This document shows, one piece after another, positions 52,010 through 60,404 of a stretch of 64,000 nucleotides of DNA (its first letter is position 1; every line of letters starts with the position of its first letter). The DNA comes from a virus. Its lineage: Duplodnaviria; Heunggongvirae; Uroviricota; Caudoviricetes. A program made the position numbers and the translations under genes. Under the pieces are notes generated by a model. It was not told the DNA's origin. It saw nothing but the letters and a program-made list of their open reading frames with translations, and ran no database searches. The stretch spans positions 1-64,000 of the IMG/VR virus record IMGVR_UViG_3300009093_000042; one strand, written 5' to 3'.

Positions 52010-54598
52010 TTAACTGACATAGATTTTTCGACCTTTGGCGATGAACCAGGTCGAACCGGCGTTTCCGTAGGTGGTGGAGTAAAGCCGATAGAGCTTTCCG
52101 TTAAAAGCAATTCTGTAACCGGTGTTGAGTTTTGCCCCGTAACCGGTGGCCGTTTGCTGAAGTCCCCGTTTCTGCCATGGTGTCGGATCGTGAATCAATT
52201 CCTTTCGGTCCGCATAAATCCGTGGAAATTGACCGTTGGGAGAAGTTTCCACGTCCGCATCAGTAAAAAGCTTGTAACCATTTCCGTCGCTCGCAACGTC
52301 TTTGGCATCGTCAGCTTCCGCCTCCTCGTCGAACCCTTCCTGCACTTGAGCCAGCTTTCCGTGATACAGGCTGCCTTTGGGCAACGCGGTGGCTTCGTCA
52401 CTGTAGGCTTCTTCATCGAGCAACGGTTGAAGTCCCGAAAACCAGAATTCCACAATGTGGCCATCCGGCAGCACCGCATTGAACAAATCCTCGTCAGCCC
52501 GCCCCCACCACTTGCTGTTCTCGGCCAGGACGTGCATCGCGGCAGCAACGTTGTGACCGTCGCCCAGGGGCGTTAGGAGGATGTCGAGGTCTTTTTCTGA
52601 TTCACCGTGCCGATCCACACTTCCGACGATTTCTGCTTCATAGCCTACCGCTTCCAGCGCCGGGCGAACCATTTGAAGCCACGTTTCCGCCTGCTGGCGC
52701 GTCCACGGTGTAGCTTCATGCGTTCCCGGAGCTTTATTAGCCGTGTAGTCAGAAAGAGAGGACTCTCCAACAGATTTTGAAGCGTTCATCATGTACTGAT
52801 AAGCGTACTTCAAAAATTGCTTTTGGTTTTCCGGGGTTAAGCTATTCCAGAAAACTGGACGACTCGACGGTGACTGTAAAATTTTCATCGCTCCGTCAAA
52901 GCCGTGTTTTTCTATTTTTCTTGCAATAAAACCCTTGGCAAAAGCCATCACTTCATGAGGATCGTTGAAATAGCCTTTTTCGCGAAAATCCGGCTTCTGC
53001 TTTTGTTTATGATAGCTGGCCACCATCTTAGGAATGCTGCCCGGTCTCATGCGGCCCATCTGGCCTCGGTGTACAAGTTCATGCTGGATCATCCGCCGCA
53101 GATAGGATAGGAGGGTATCATCATTGCCTCGGGCCATCCATTGCGGCATACGGATGAGGATTCGGTTATGCACGAAGCCAAAAGCGGCGGCGGGAGAGCT
53201 GGACGGGAGAAAGCTTAATTCTTCCGTTTTCACTTTTTTCAGCGCACTCAGCCAGTTAATTTTTCCTTCGCTGTTATCAACTTCCTGCTGAGCTTTTTTA
53301 ATCTGCTGGAGAGCGAGCTGAGAAAGCCTTTCCACTTCTTCCTCTTTGGGTTCCACAACGTCTTCTGTGATCTGTTCCATCTCGATGTTTGGCTTACCGA
53401 GAAACAGTTTCGTTTTGGCTTTAGTTAGGCTGCTGAAGATCACAGACTTCACCAGGAATCGGGCATTGGTGTGCTCATCTGGTGCCATGAGGCGTTTGCC
53501 AACCAACTCGCGGCAGGTGCCCTTGGTCACGTAGGCCACGGTCATGTGCGGGTGGTATTCCGGGTACGTGTCCGTGCATTCCAGTTCCGCACTGATGCGA
53601 GCATTCAATTTGAAAAGCCCTTCGCCGGAGATGTCGAATTTCACCACATCGAACTTCTCATTTTCAAACAGCGAGATTGCTCCCACTTCGATCTCGAACG
53701 GCTCGGTTTGTTCGATGATCTTCAGAAGTTCCGGGCTTGGGTCTTTTTCGTGGAGTCCGAATTTAACCGTCACGTGGACTTCGTCCTCGCGCCCAAAACC
53801 CTCCGGGTCCTCCGGGTCGGTGTAGAGCTTATCGTCGGTGATGAACATCCGGCTGAACTGCTGCACTGCGTCCACGATGTCTGGCGACGCCGGGGCCATG
53901 ACACAGGAAAACTTCCGGGCCTCCATGATGCTCTCGATCTGCGCGTCCACGCCGCCCTGGTCGGGGTAAAGCCATTCGCTCAGCATCTCAGGAGTAATCC
54001 TTTCGACAATGCCGGAGGTATCGACCGCCTGATCAGCGCCAGTATCTTCAAACCATTCCGCGCCGCTCATATCGCGGGCGTCTTCAAACAGACCGCGCAA
54101 GCGCTCGTCTTCAATGAACTCCTCGTCGAGATCGGGAAACTTTTGCTTCAGGTTGACGAGGAATTCCTGGCGGTAGTGGTGCTTCCAGGCTTCGTCGCGT
54201 TTCAGCGATTCCACTGTGCGGTATTCTTCTTCGTCCAGCAGGCCGGAGGTTTTCAGCTTCTTGATCTGTTCGAACAGGCTGGCCGCCATGTCCGAATCCA
54301 ACTGGCCGAGTGACGATTCCGGTATGCCGACGATGACTGCGTTGAAGTTGGGGCCGGTGCTTGGGACGATGACGGGATAGTTCTTGATGAGGTAGCGGGC
54401 GTTGGCGCGGTCGGCGGTGTTGCCGGTATAGTCACTGAACTCGACGAGCTTCCAGACTTTGTGCTCGGGATCGTAAATCAGATTCTCATCCAGGAAGGCG
54501 CGCACTTTTTCCGGGTCCACGTCCCGAAGTTCACGCATGAAATCCGCGCTTTCTTGGTCGTCGCTTTCAATCAGTCGCCGCTTGGTAAGGTTTTTCAT
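52010..54598 (-). CDS. multidomain protein with 2H phosphoesterase (LigT-like) signature, HExxH motif and Pol-beta-type nucleotidyltransferase motif
   Basis: EVHVTVKFGLH and HPHMTVAYV form a pair of H-x-T-x motifs. MIQHELVHRGQ is the HExxH motif. IVGSVDRHGESEKDLDILL is a G[SG]..DhDh NTase motif. Confidence 0.6.
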   Translation of the reverse strand: MKNLTKRRLIESDDQESADFMRELRDVDPEKVRAFLDENLIYDPEHKVWKLVEFSDYTGNTADRANARYLIKNYPVIVPSTGPNFNAVIVGIPESSLGQLDSDMAASLFEQIKKLKTSGLLDEEEYRTVESLKRDEAWKHHYRQEFLVNLKQKFPDLDEEFIEDERLRGLFEDARDMSGAEWFEDTGADQAVDTSGIVERITPEMLSEWLYPDQGGVDAQIESIMEARKFSCVMAPASPDIVDAVQQFSRMFITDDKLYTDPEDPEGFGREDEVHVTVKFGLHEKDPSPELLKIIEQTEPFEIEVGAISLFENEKFDVVKFDISGEGLFKLNARISAELECTDTYPEYHPHMTVAYVTKGTCRELVGKRLMAPDEHTNARFLVKSVIFSSLTKAKTKLFLGKPNIEMEQITEDVVEPKEEEVERLSQLALQQIKKAQQEVDNSEGKINWLSALKKVKTEELSFLPSSSPAAAFGFVHNRILIRMPQWMARGNDDTLLSYLRRMIQHELVHRGQMGRMRPGSIPKMVASYHKQKQKPDFREKGYFNDPHEVMAFAKGFIARKIEKHGFDGAMKILQSPSSRPVFWNSLTPENQKQFLKYAYQYMMNASKSVGESSLSDYTANKAPGTHEATPWTRQQAETWLQMVRPALEAVGYEAEIVGSVDRHGESEKDLDILLTPLGDGHNVAAAMHVLAENSKWWGRADEDLFNAVLPDGHIVEFWFSGLQPLLDEEAYSDEATALPKGSLYHGKLAQVQEGFDEEAEADDAKDVASDGNGYKLFTDADVETSPNGQFPRIYADRKELIHDPTPWQKRGLQQTATGYGAKLNTGYRIAFNGKLYRLYSTTYGNAGSTWFIAKGRKIYVS

Positions 54599-55068
54599 GG
54601 CCAGTTAGTCCCCGGAGGCACGTACTGCGGCGGAACAGAGGTCACTGTCTCCGCGAAGTATTCGGGTCGGTTCACCGTGCCCCACATCGCTATAAAAGCA
54701 TTTCTCCACCGAATCACGTCGTTCGTCCCGATGTAAACGTATTCCGAAAAGGAATCAGGACCGCCCACGTCCACGGAGAATCGTCCCCATGGATATGCGT
54801 CCATGTACAACTGGATGGTATCAAGATCGGATACACCTTGACCAGCAAAGACGTTCGAATCGCCATCGCCCAACTCCGGTCCTAGTGGAGCCATCCGTAA
54901 CTCAGCGTTAATGATCCAGGAACCTCTCCCCACGAGGAAGTTGATCTGAGCGGTCGAGAGAGGTTTGTACTGTCCCGTCTGGATCAGCTTTTCAATGTAG
55001 CTGGCCGCGAGACCGAAAACTTGTAAATTGACTGCCATTATTGTTGTCCCAATATCCGCTGACGCCAC
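54595..55068 (-). CDS. hypothetical protein (157 aa)
   Basis: Minus ORF. Confidence 0.5.
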   Translation of the reverse strand: MASADIGTTIMAVNLQVFGLAASYIEKLIQTGQYKPLSTAQINFLVGRGSWIINAELRMAPLGPELGDGDSNVFAGQGVSDLDTIQLYMDAYPWGRFSVDVGGPDSFSEYVYIGTNDVIRWRNAFIAMWGTVNRPEYFAETVTSVPPQYVPPGTNWP

Positions 55069-55448
55069 GATCTGAAGTCCCTGCTCTTGATCATTTTCTT
55101 GGCATCGGCCAGCTCAGTGGTGTCCCCGCGTTTTACTAGCACTCCGTCCGGGCTGTCAGGAGTGACCTTAAATTCATAAATGACGTATTCATCCACGGTT
55201 GACTTCTGACCCCACCCAAGATGATGAACCTTGTGGTTGTAAACCACGATGAAGTTTCCGTATTTGTAGATTTTCTTGGTGCCGTGGAATCGCGTGGCCC
55301 TGCGGTTGAAGAAAAGAGGTTCGGCTGCCTTGATCTCATCCAGAGTGTAGATTCTGTCCTCTGGTTGAGCAGAGAGCATTTTCAAATCGTCTGAGCCAGA
55401 CATGTCATCGTCTGCTTCCGTGACGAACGCTAGAATTTCCCTTATCAC
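55038..55448 (-). CDS. hypothetical protein (136 aa)
   Basis: Minus ORF. Confidence 0.45.
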   Translation of the reverse strand: MIREILAFVTEADDDMSGSDDLKMLSAQPEDRIYTLDEIKAAEPLFFNRRATRFHGTKKIYKYGNFIVVYNHKVHHLGWGQKSTVDEYVIYEFKVTPDSPDGVLVKRGDTTELADAKKMIKSRDFRSWRQRILGQQ

Positions 55449-55456
55449 TGCCGTAA

Positions 55457-55699
55457 CTACGTTTCTCTGGAAGTCCGTGAGACCCTTGATCTCGCTAGGA
55501 GAGATTCAAAGAACTCCTGGGCCAGTCGGCAGGCGCAGGTAGGATGGTTCTTTTGAACTTCCTCTGCGCAGTCGATGCAGACCACCAGGACTGTTTCCAA
55601 ATCACTGAACTTGAGAGCGACCGCTTCTGACACTGGAACAGCGTTACGACATTTGTCGCATTTCAGCTCCGGTCTTCCGAATTCATTTTGCGTAAGCAT
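55457..55699 (-). CDS. zinc-ribbon small protein
   Basis: CDKC...CIDC...CAC pattern. A hairpin lies just upstream of its start. Confidence 0.45.
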   Translation of the reverse strand: MLTQNEFGRPELKCDKCRNAVPVSEAVALKFSDLETVLVVCIDCAEEVQKNHPTCACRLAQEFFESLLARSRVSRTSRET

Positions 55700-55705
55700 T
55701 TTACC

Positions 55706-55762
55706 AGCGACCGCCGTTAGGCGGTCCGCGAGACGCTTCGAGAATTTTGTTTTTCCAGGAAC
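55706..55762. promoter_or_regulatory. GC hairpin and AT-rich inverted repeat in the putative origin region
   Basis: GACCGCC-gtta-GGCGGTC hairpin, then TTTTGTT-tttccagg-AACAAAA inverted repeat. Confidence 0.4.
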
Positions 55763-55847
55763 AAAACTTTTCCCGTAACTGCGCTGTTAATACTGTTTCT
55801 AACTGACCAACTTCCAGAACAGCCTGAACGACTTAAGTATGAAAAGG

Positions 55848-55975
55848 CATCCGAGTTTGCAAATCAGCCATCCGACTTTGTAGTTCAACCATCCGACTTT
55901 GCGGATCAAGGGTCCGACTTTGCAGGTGAGCCATCCGAGTTTGCGGAACAAAGGTCCGAGTTTGCGGGTGACAGC
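55848..55975. repeat. six tandem 21-bp direct repeats (iteron-like), core TCCGA(G/C)TTTGC
   Basis: Core hexamer starts at about 55850, 55871, 55892, 55913, 55934 and 55955, an exact 21-bp period. The array abuts the stop of the winged-helix gene. Confidence 0.7.
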
Positions 55976-56695
55976 TCATACGTCTATGTCGTTGAGCACC
56001 TTAACGTCCGTGCATTGCCTCATATCCTGCTGAAGCACGGACTCAGGAAAGTAGGTCTCAGCGGTCACATCCAGGAGCCGATCCAAGGTGGATTTTGGTA
56101 AGCTCCAGACGGGAATCCGGCCACCTTTCCGACCGCATAAAATGATCTCTTTGGTGTCGATTAGGTGCTTGAACCCGCGCTCGACCGTCCACCGCGTCAG
56201 GTAATAGTGGCGTTCGGCCCATTTGCCCGGCGTGATGTAGTGGGTTGCTTTCTTGTTGGCATCCTCCAGGGATTCCTGCTTCTTCCAGTTTTCGATGATC
56301 CAGTGTGCCAGGTTGTGGTGGATGATTGCGGGGACTATGCCGTGAATCATGGTGAATTCGACCTCGAAGCAGAAGCGCGCCCCGTGGCTCACATCGTCCG
56401 GCAGGTTGAAGTCGGGGTTGTACTTGCCGATCATCCGGTAGGTGTAGTGCAACATCCCTCGTTGCTGCGACCGGGTAATGATGGGCAGTTCCTCGCCGTG
56501 GCCGCGCAAGAGCCGGTTGAGCGCGGAGCGCAGGCGCTGTTTGCCCATGTAGGGATAGCGCTTCAGGAGTTCGTCAAGGGTAATGGTCGTACTGCCGAAA
56601 TTTTCGTCGCGCCAGCTCAGGTAAGCGTACACGAGTGCGGCGTCGAGGCCATACAGCTTGGCCATCGCGGGTGAAAAGCGGTGAATTGTACTCAC
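55976..56695 (-). CDS. putative replication initiator or DNA-binding protein (winged-helix-like N-terminus)
   Basis: N-terminal LVYAYLSWRDENFGSTTITLDELLKRYPYMGKQRLRSALNRL resembles initiator winged-helix domains. The 21-bp iterons begin at its stop codon. A helicase gene is next upstream. Confidence 0.45.
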   Translation of the reverse strand: MSTIHRFSPAMAKLYGLDAALVYAYLSWRDENFGSTTITLDELLKRYPYMGKQRLRSALNRLLRGHGEELPIITRSQQRGMLHYTYRMIGKYNPDFNLPDDVSHGARFCFEVEFTMIHGIVPAIIHHNLAHWIIENWKKQESLEDANKKATHYITPGKWAERHYYLTRWTVERGFKHLIDTKEIILCGRKGGRIPVWSLPKSTLDRLLDVTAETYFPESVLQQDMRQCTDVKVLNDIDV

Positions 56696-56730
56696 TCAGT
56701 GCAGAACGGAAACCAGTTCTAAGCCGCTGG

Positions 56731-58542
56731 TCAGCCCAACTTTTCGTAAACTTTTGCTTGCGAAATACTGTCCGGTCCGAGCAGTGGATGGACGAAGGTG
56801 TAACCCCGGATGTTGAATAGTTTGTCGAAGACCCGTTTGCATCCGCGCCGGAGAATTTCGTGCTGGTTGTCGAAGAACCAGGTGATCTCCGCTTCATTGT
56901 TTACTTTTTTCTTACGAATGAAGCGACCGATAATCTGGTTGGCGCGCTCCCAGTCGCCAACGTAGTCAGCGATCACGCCGCCTCGAATTTCATTGATGGA
57001 AACGCCTTCCTGCACGAGTGGCGAGATCAGCACGCCGCCCGGTGTCTGCCGGAACCAATCGAAGCATTGGTCGCGCTGGCGTGGGCTGTGTTCACCGAGC
57101 AGTACCCGGACGTTGTGTTTGCCCACGGCGGCTTCAATCAGGCCCTGCAAGATGTAGATGTGGAGCGTGCGCGTGCAGACCACCAGCGTCGGATATTTCT
57201 TTTCGACGCTGTAGTAGCGCGTCCAATCCGTGATCATGTCATTGCGCTCGCCGAAGCGAATGAGCGCCCGGTCGTTGACTCGTTCCAGCAGGCAGTAAGT
57301 GGACTCGATTTCGTAAACAGATTCGTCACCGGGAAATTGGAACGTGTGAAAGCCGTCAATCGTCACCGGCACTTCCACGTCTTTCCAGCGCGCCGATTTC
57401 ACGGTCTCGGTGGCACCGTCTTCAGTCACCCTCTCACCTTCGTCCACGGTGTCTTCCAACACGCGTTTTTTCTGCGTCTTGATGTCGCCGTTTTTATCCA
57501 GCTCGTAAACCGGTCCAATGTAGGTTCCCTTTTTCCATTCGTTGCCGACGAGGGCGTAGCCGGGTGTGCCGGGAATGGCCTGGTGCGGCAGCGTCGAGAA
57601 GCGATTCCTCCAGGCCGGATTCTCGACAATGTAAATCTTGGGTTTGGCCGACCTGCCGATGTCGATGTAAACGCCGACCGGGACCGTGTAGCGGATCGGA
57701 CCGAGCAGCCCCTGGATGCGCGCCATGCTGTCAGGATCGTTGTCGCGCCGGGTGTCCGAGGCTCCCAGGCGAAAGAAGCACGGCAGCTTCATTAGGACCG
57801 CAGAGCTGGTCTTGGAGCAGGCGTGATGAGATTCGTCGTAGAGCACGCCGATAAACGAGCTGAACCAGTCTGTGCTCGCCAGTTTCGCGAAATGCTTCCA
57901 CAGCATCGCGGCGGTCGAGATGACCATGTCCTTTCCGGTGTTGTCCCCTTTACTTCCGCCGTACTGCGTGATGTCCCAGTCGGGCAGGAACTTCGTGATT
58001 TCCTGGTAAGCCTGGCGCACCAGGCGCTCTCGGTCGGCGATGTAGAGAAAGCGCGCTTCGTTGCCGTACCGGCGTTTGATCATGGCGGCAGCCGCTGCGA
58101 ACATGGCGGTTTTGCCACCGTTCACGGCGATTTTATTCACGCCCATGCCGCTGCGCAGCCAGAAGGCGATGGACTCGCGCTGATACTCATCGAGCGGGAA
58201 GTCAGCCTGGATGAGGTCATCAGGCAGGTCATCAGCGACGAGGCTGGCAAAAGGAGACTTAAGGCACTCTCTGGTATTGACCAGGAAGTTGAGGTTGCGC
58301 GCCGTCTGGATGACTTTGTCTTTGTGGCCGCGCAGGCAGTCGGCGCGCCCGATGTCGAGAATGCGGATCGGAGAAATGTAGCCGTCCCATCCTTCAGCTC
58401 CGTCCGTTAAGTCGTAAGCTTTGTAGCGAGGGGAATGGAAATAGCCCTTCGGATGATACCGAAGTTTGAAATGAATGGCCTTGATTTCGTTGTCTTCGCC
58501 GCTTAAGCGAAGGCGCGTTGGCCCCTCGACAATGTTTATCAT
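56731..58542 (-). CDS. SF2 DExH-box helicase
   Basis: Motif I AVNGGKTAMF, motif II VLYDESHH, motif III-like LGASDT. Promoter motif upstream. Confidence 0.6.
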   Translation of the reverse strand: MINIVEGPTRLRLSGEDNEIKAIHFKLRYHPKGYFHSPRYKAYDLTDGAEGWDGYISPIRILDIGRADCLRGHKDKVIQTARNLNFLVNTRECLKSPFASLVADDLPDDLIQADFPLDEYQRESIAFWLRSGMGVNKIAVNGGKTAMFAAAAAMIKRRYGNEARFLYIADRERLVRQAYQEITKFLPDWDITQYGGSKGDNTGKDMVISTAAMLWKHFAKLASTDWFSSFIGVLYDESHHACSKTSSAVLMKLPCFFRLGASDTRRDNDPDSMARIQGLLGPIRYTVPVGVYIDIGRSAKPKIYIVENPAWRNRFSTLPHQAIPGTPGYALVGNEWKKGTYIGPVYELDKNGDIKTQKKRVLEDTVDEGERVTEDGATETVKSARWKDVEVPVTIDGFHTFQFPGDESVYEIESTYCLLERVNDRALIRFGERNDMITDWTRYYSVEKKYPTLVVCTRTLHIYILQGLIEAAVGKHNVRVLLGEHSPRQRDQCFDWFRQTPGGVLISPLVQEGVSINEIRGGVIADYVGDWERANQIIGRFIRKKKVNNEAEITWFFDNQHEILRRGCKRVFDKLFNIRGYTFVHPLLGPDSISQAKVYEKLG

Positions 58543-58556
58543 CTCTGGAGAGAACC

Positions 58557-58576
58557 AAAAAAGTAAACAAATTATT
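58557..58576 (-). promoter_or_regulatory. conserved promoter-like element upstream of helicase gene
   Basis: Minus strand TAA-TTTGTTTACTTTTTTGG, then a 20-nt leader to the ATG. Confidence 0.45.
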
Positions 58577-59900
58577 TTGCTGGAGGCTCAGGAGTGGGGA
58601 TAATCTTTCTGAGCTGTTCGATCACATCCGCTGGACCGACAGCGCCCAGACACTCGCAAATTTGGCGGTCTTTGCGCGGCGGGCAGTATCTCGGGAACGT
58701 ACCCGCGTAAGCGAAGCACGGTGAAAATTGGCAGACTTCCTTTTTCCACACCGGGAAGTGATTTTTGTAGTACTTCACGCGGTTCATGGGATTGCACGGA
58801 CCCCAGAGGCCGACGCAAGGCGTTTCCAGCGACCCGGCGATGTGGACCATCATCGAGTCTGGACCGATCACGACCGCTGCCCGGCTGGCCACGGCCCATA
58901 GCTCGCGCAGGCTGGCCGCCTGGTAAATCTGGATGTTGTGCCGGAGGGTGCCGGAGCCTTTGCACTTGGGACAAATTTCTTGCTTTTTCCTGCCTGCTGC
59001 GGCGATGGACTCAGTGGCTTTCGTCACTTCGGCCAGGGCCTTGTCCGCTGATACGTTCGCCATGTCGTGTACGATCGGCACGGGCGGCGGTTCGACCACG
59101 TTGGATTCAAGGCGGCCCTTGCCGTTGCATTTCTGGCATTCGACGGCCTTTCGGTACTGTTCGGGAACGAACTTGTCGTAGAGTGCCAGCCAGTGAACGT
59201 TCGGGTAGGCTTCCGCGACTTTGCTCAGCAGGTAGGCGCTTTCGTTGGGCGGCATACAGCGCACCGGGTTGGCCGCTGAGAGTTGGTACATGCCGATGGG
59301 TTTTCCCTGGAACTGCATGGCGGCCTGCATCTCCAGGAAGGTGAAGTTCGGGTGATAGACTTTTAGTTTCGGGTCCACTGCGTCCGGGTTGATGCCGACG
59401 CGCCGGAGCATTTGGTCGAGCGGATGGAGCTGATCCACATGTTCTTCGGCATTGACGACAGTCTCGAAAATCACCCAGTAATCGTACATCTTAAACTGCT
59501 CGTACTGGATGGGGATGTTTTGGATGGACTTAACGAAAGGCATGTTCCACCAGCAGCTCACGTTGCCGGGATCGACCAGCACGTGGACTTCAAAGCCGTA
59601 GGACGCGAGGATGCGCGCAAACGGCCAGGTCATCACCTGGTCGCCGTAGCCGCCGCTGCCGTTGTAGAGTAGCAGCTTCTGGGTGCCGGGCTTCTTCGCG
59701 TTTGCGTTGAAATTGGGAATGCGGTTCTCGATGCGGCTCCACTTAAAGAGCCGGTCTTTCACTTCTTCCTTCGCGATCATGCGGTTGAAGTGAGATGCGG
59801 CGATCACGTAATCACGCCCGGCTTCGAAGACCATGTTGGTCGCGCCTGCGGATTTTTCCATCGTCAGTGAAACGTGTTCTGCAAAAGTGACAAGATTCAT
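58572..59900 (-). CDS. GT9-family (heptosyltransferase-like) glycosyltransferase with zinc-ribbon insertions
   Basis: IGPDSMMVHIAGSLETPCVGLWGPCNP matches the GT9 C-terminal D..H.A....P.V.LFGP motif. CQKCNGKG and CPKCKGSG inserts. ORF-track start 59906 is TTG, trimmed to ATG at 59900. Confidence 0.55.
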   Translation of the reverse strand: MNLVTFAEHVSLTMEKSAGATNMVFEAGRDYVIAASHFNRMIAKEEVKDRLFKWSRIENRIPNFNANAKKPGTQKLLLYNGSGGYGDQVMTWPFARILASYGFEVHVLVDPGNVSCWWNMPFVKSIQNIPIQYEQFKMYDYWVIFETVVNAEEHVDQLHPLDQMLRRVGINPDAVDPKLKVYHPNFTFLEMQAAMQFQGKPIGMYQLSAANPVRCMPPNESAYLLSKVAEAYPNVHWLALYDKFVPEQYRKAVECQKCNGKGRLESNVVEPPPVPIVHDMANVSADKALAEVTKATESIAAAGRKKQEICPKCKGSGTLRHNIQIYQAASLRELWAVASRAAVVIGPDSMMVHIAGSLETPCVGLWGPCNPMNRVKYYKNHFPVWKKEVCQFSPCFAYAGTFPRYCPPRKDRQICECLGAVGPADVIEQLRKIIPTPEPPAK

Positions 59901-59920
59901 GCCCAAAAGAACACGAACAA

Positions 59921-59939
59921 CTTTGTTTACAAATATGAG
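59921..59939. promoter_or_regulatory. single palindromic motif in divergent intergenic region (GT9 gene on minus, 59978..60388 on plus)
   Basis: CTTTGTTTACAAATATGAG, centred in the 77-nt gap. Confidence 0.45.
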
Positions 59940-59977
59940 ATCAGTCCGTTGGGTAGGTATTAGAAACGGCTTGAGCC

Positions 59978-60388
59978 ATGAGAATCCAAAAGATCAAAGA
60001 CACTTTTAACGATTATCGCGTGGAGCTGAGTTGGGGACAACTCAACGCGGTTTTCAAGGCGCTGGAGCAAGACCACGCCGATCCTCTTGCCGATGAGCTT
60101 TTTGCCGAGCTTGGCTGGTACCTTGAAAATGTGCCCGGCCCCGGCGAGGATGAAGACGAATATAAGGAAGCCAAGGAGGCTGAAAAGCAGTCCATTGAGG
60201 CCGGGGAGGAGGGCGCGGGCGGTGGAGCACCGAATCCCGACCTGGTCGGTCAGGAAGTCGGGCCTCCGGGAGAGCCGGAAGGTGCTGAGTCGCCGGTACC
60301 GCAAATGCAGCCGGGAGTTGAAGACGAAGCTGACCAGCACCTGGAACGTCCTCCTGGCCGCGAGGAGCAGGAGCCTCTGCCGGTTTAA
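59978..60388 (+). CDS. acidic hypothetical protein (plus-strand island)
   Basis: Glu/Asp-rich. Shares a divergent promoter region with the GT9 gene. Confidence 0.45.
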   Translation: MRIQKIKDTFNDYRVELSWGQLNAVFKALEQDHADPLADELFAELGWYLENVPGPGEDEDEYKEAKEAEKQSIEAGEEGAGGGAPNPDLVGQEVGPPGEPEGAESPVPQMQPGVEDEADQHLERPPGREEQEPLPV

Positions 60389-60404
60389 TTTGTTCTTTCC
60401 GTGA

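Noticed and set aside
55848-55975. CRISPR array interpretation of the 21-bp tandem repeats.
   Set aside because: The units are contiguous degenerate direct repeats with no spacers and no nearby cas genes. The pattern fits iterons or a short tandem repeat, not CRISPR.
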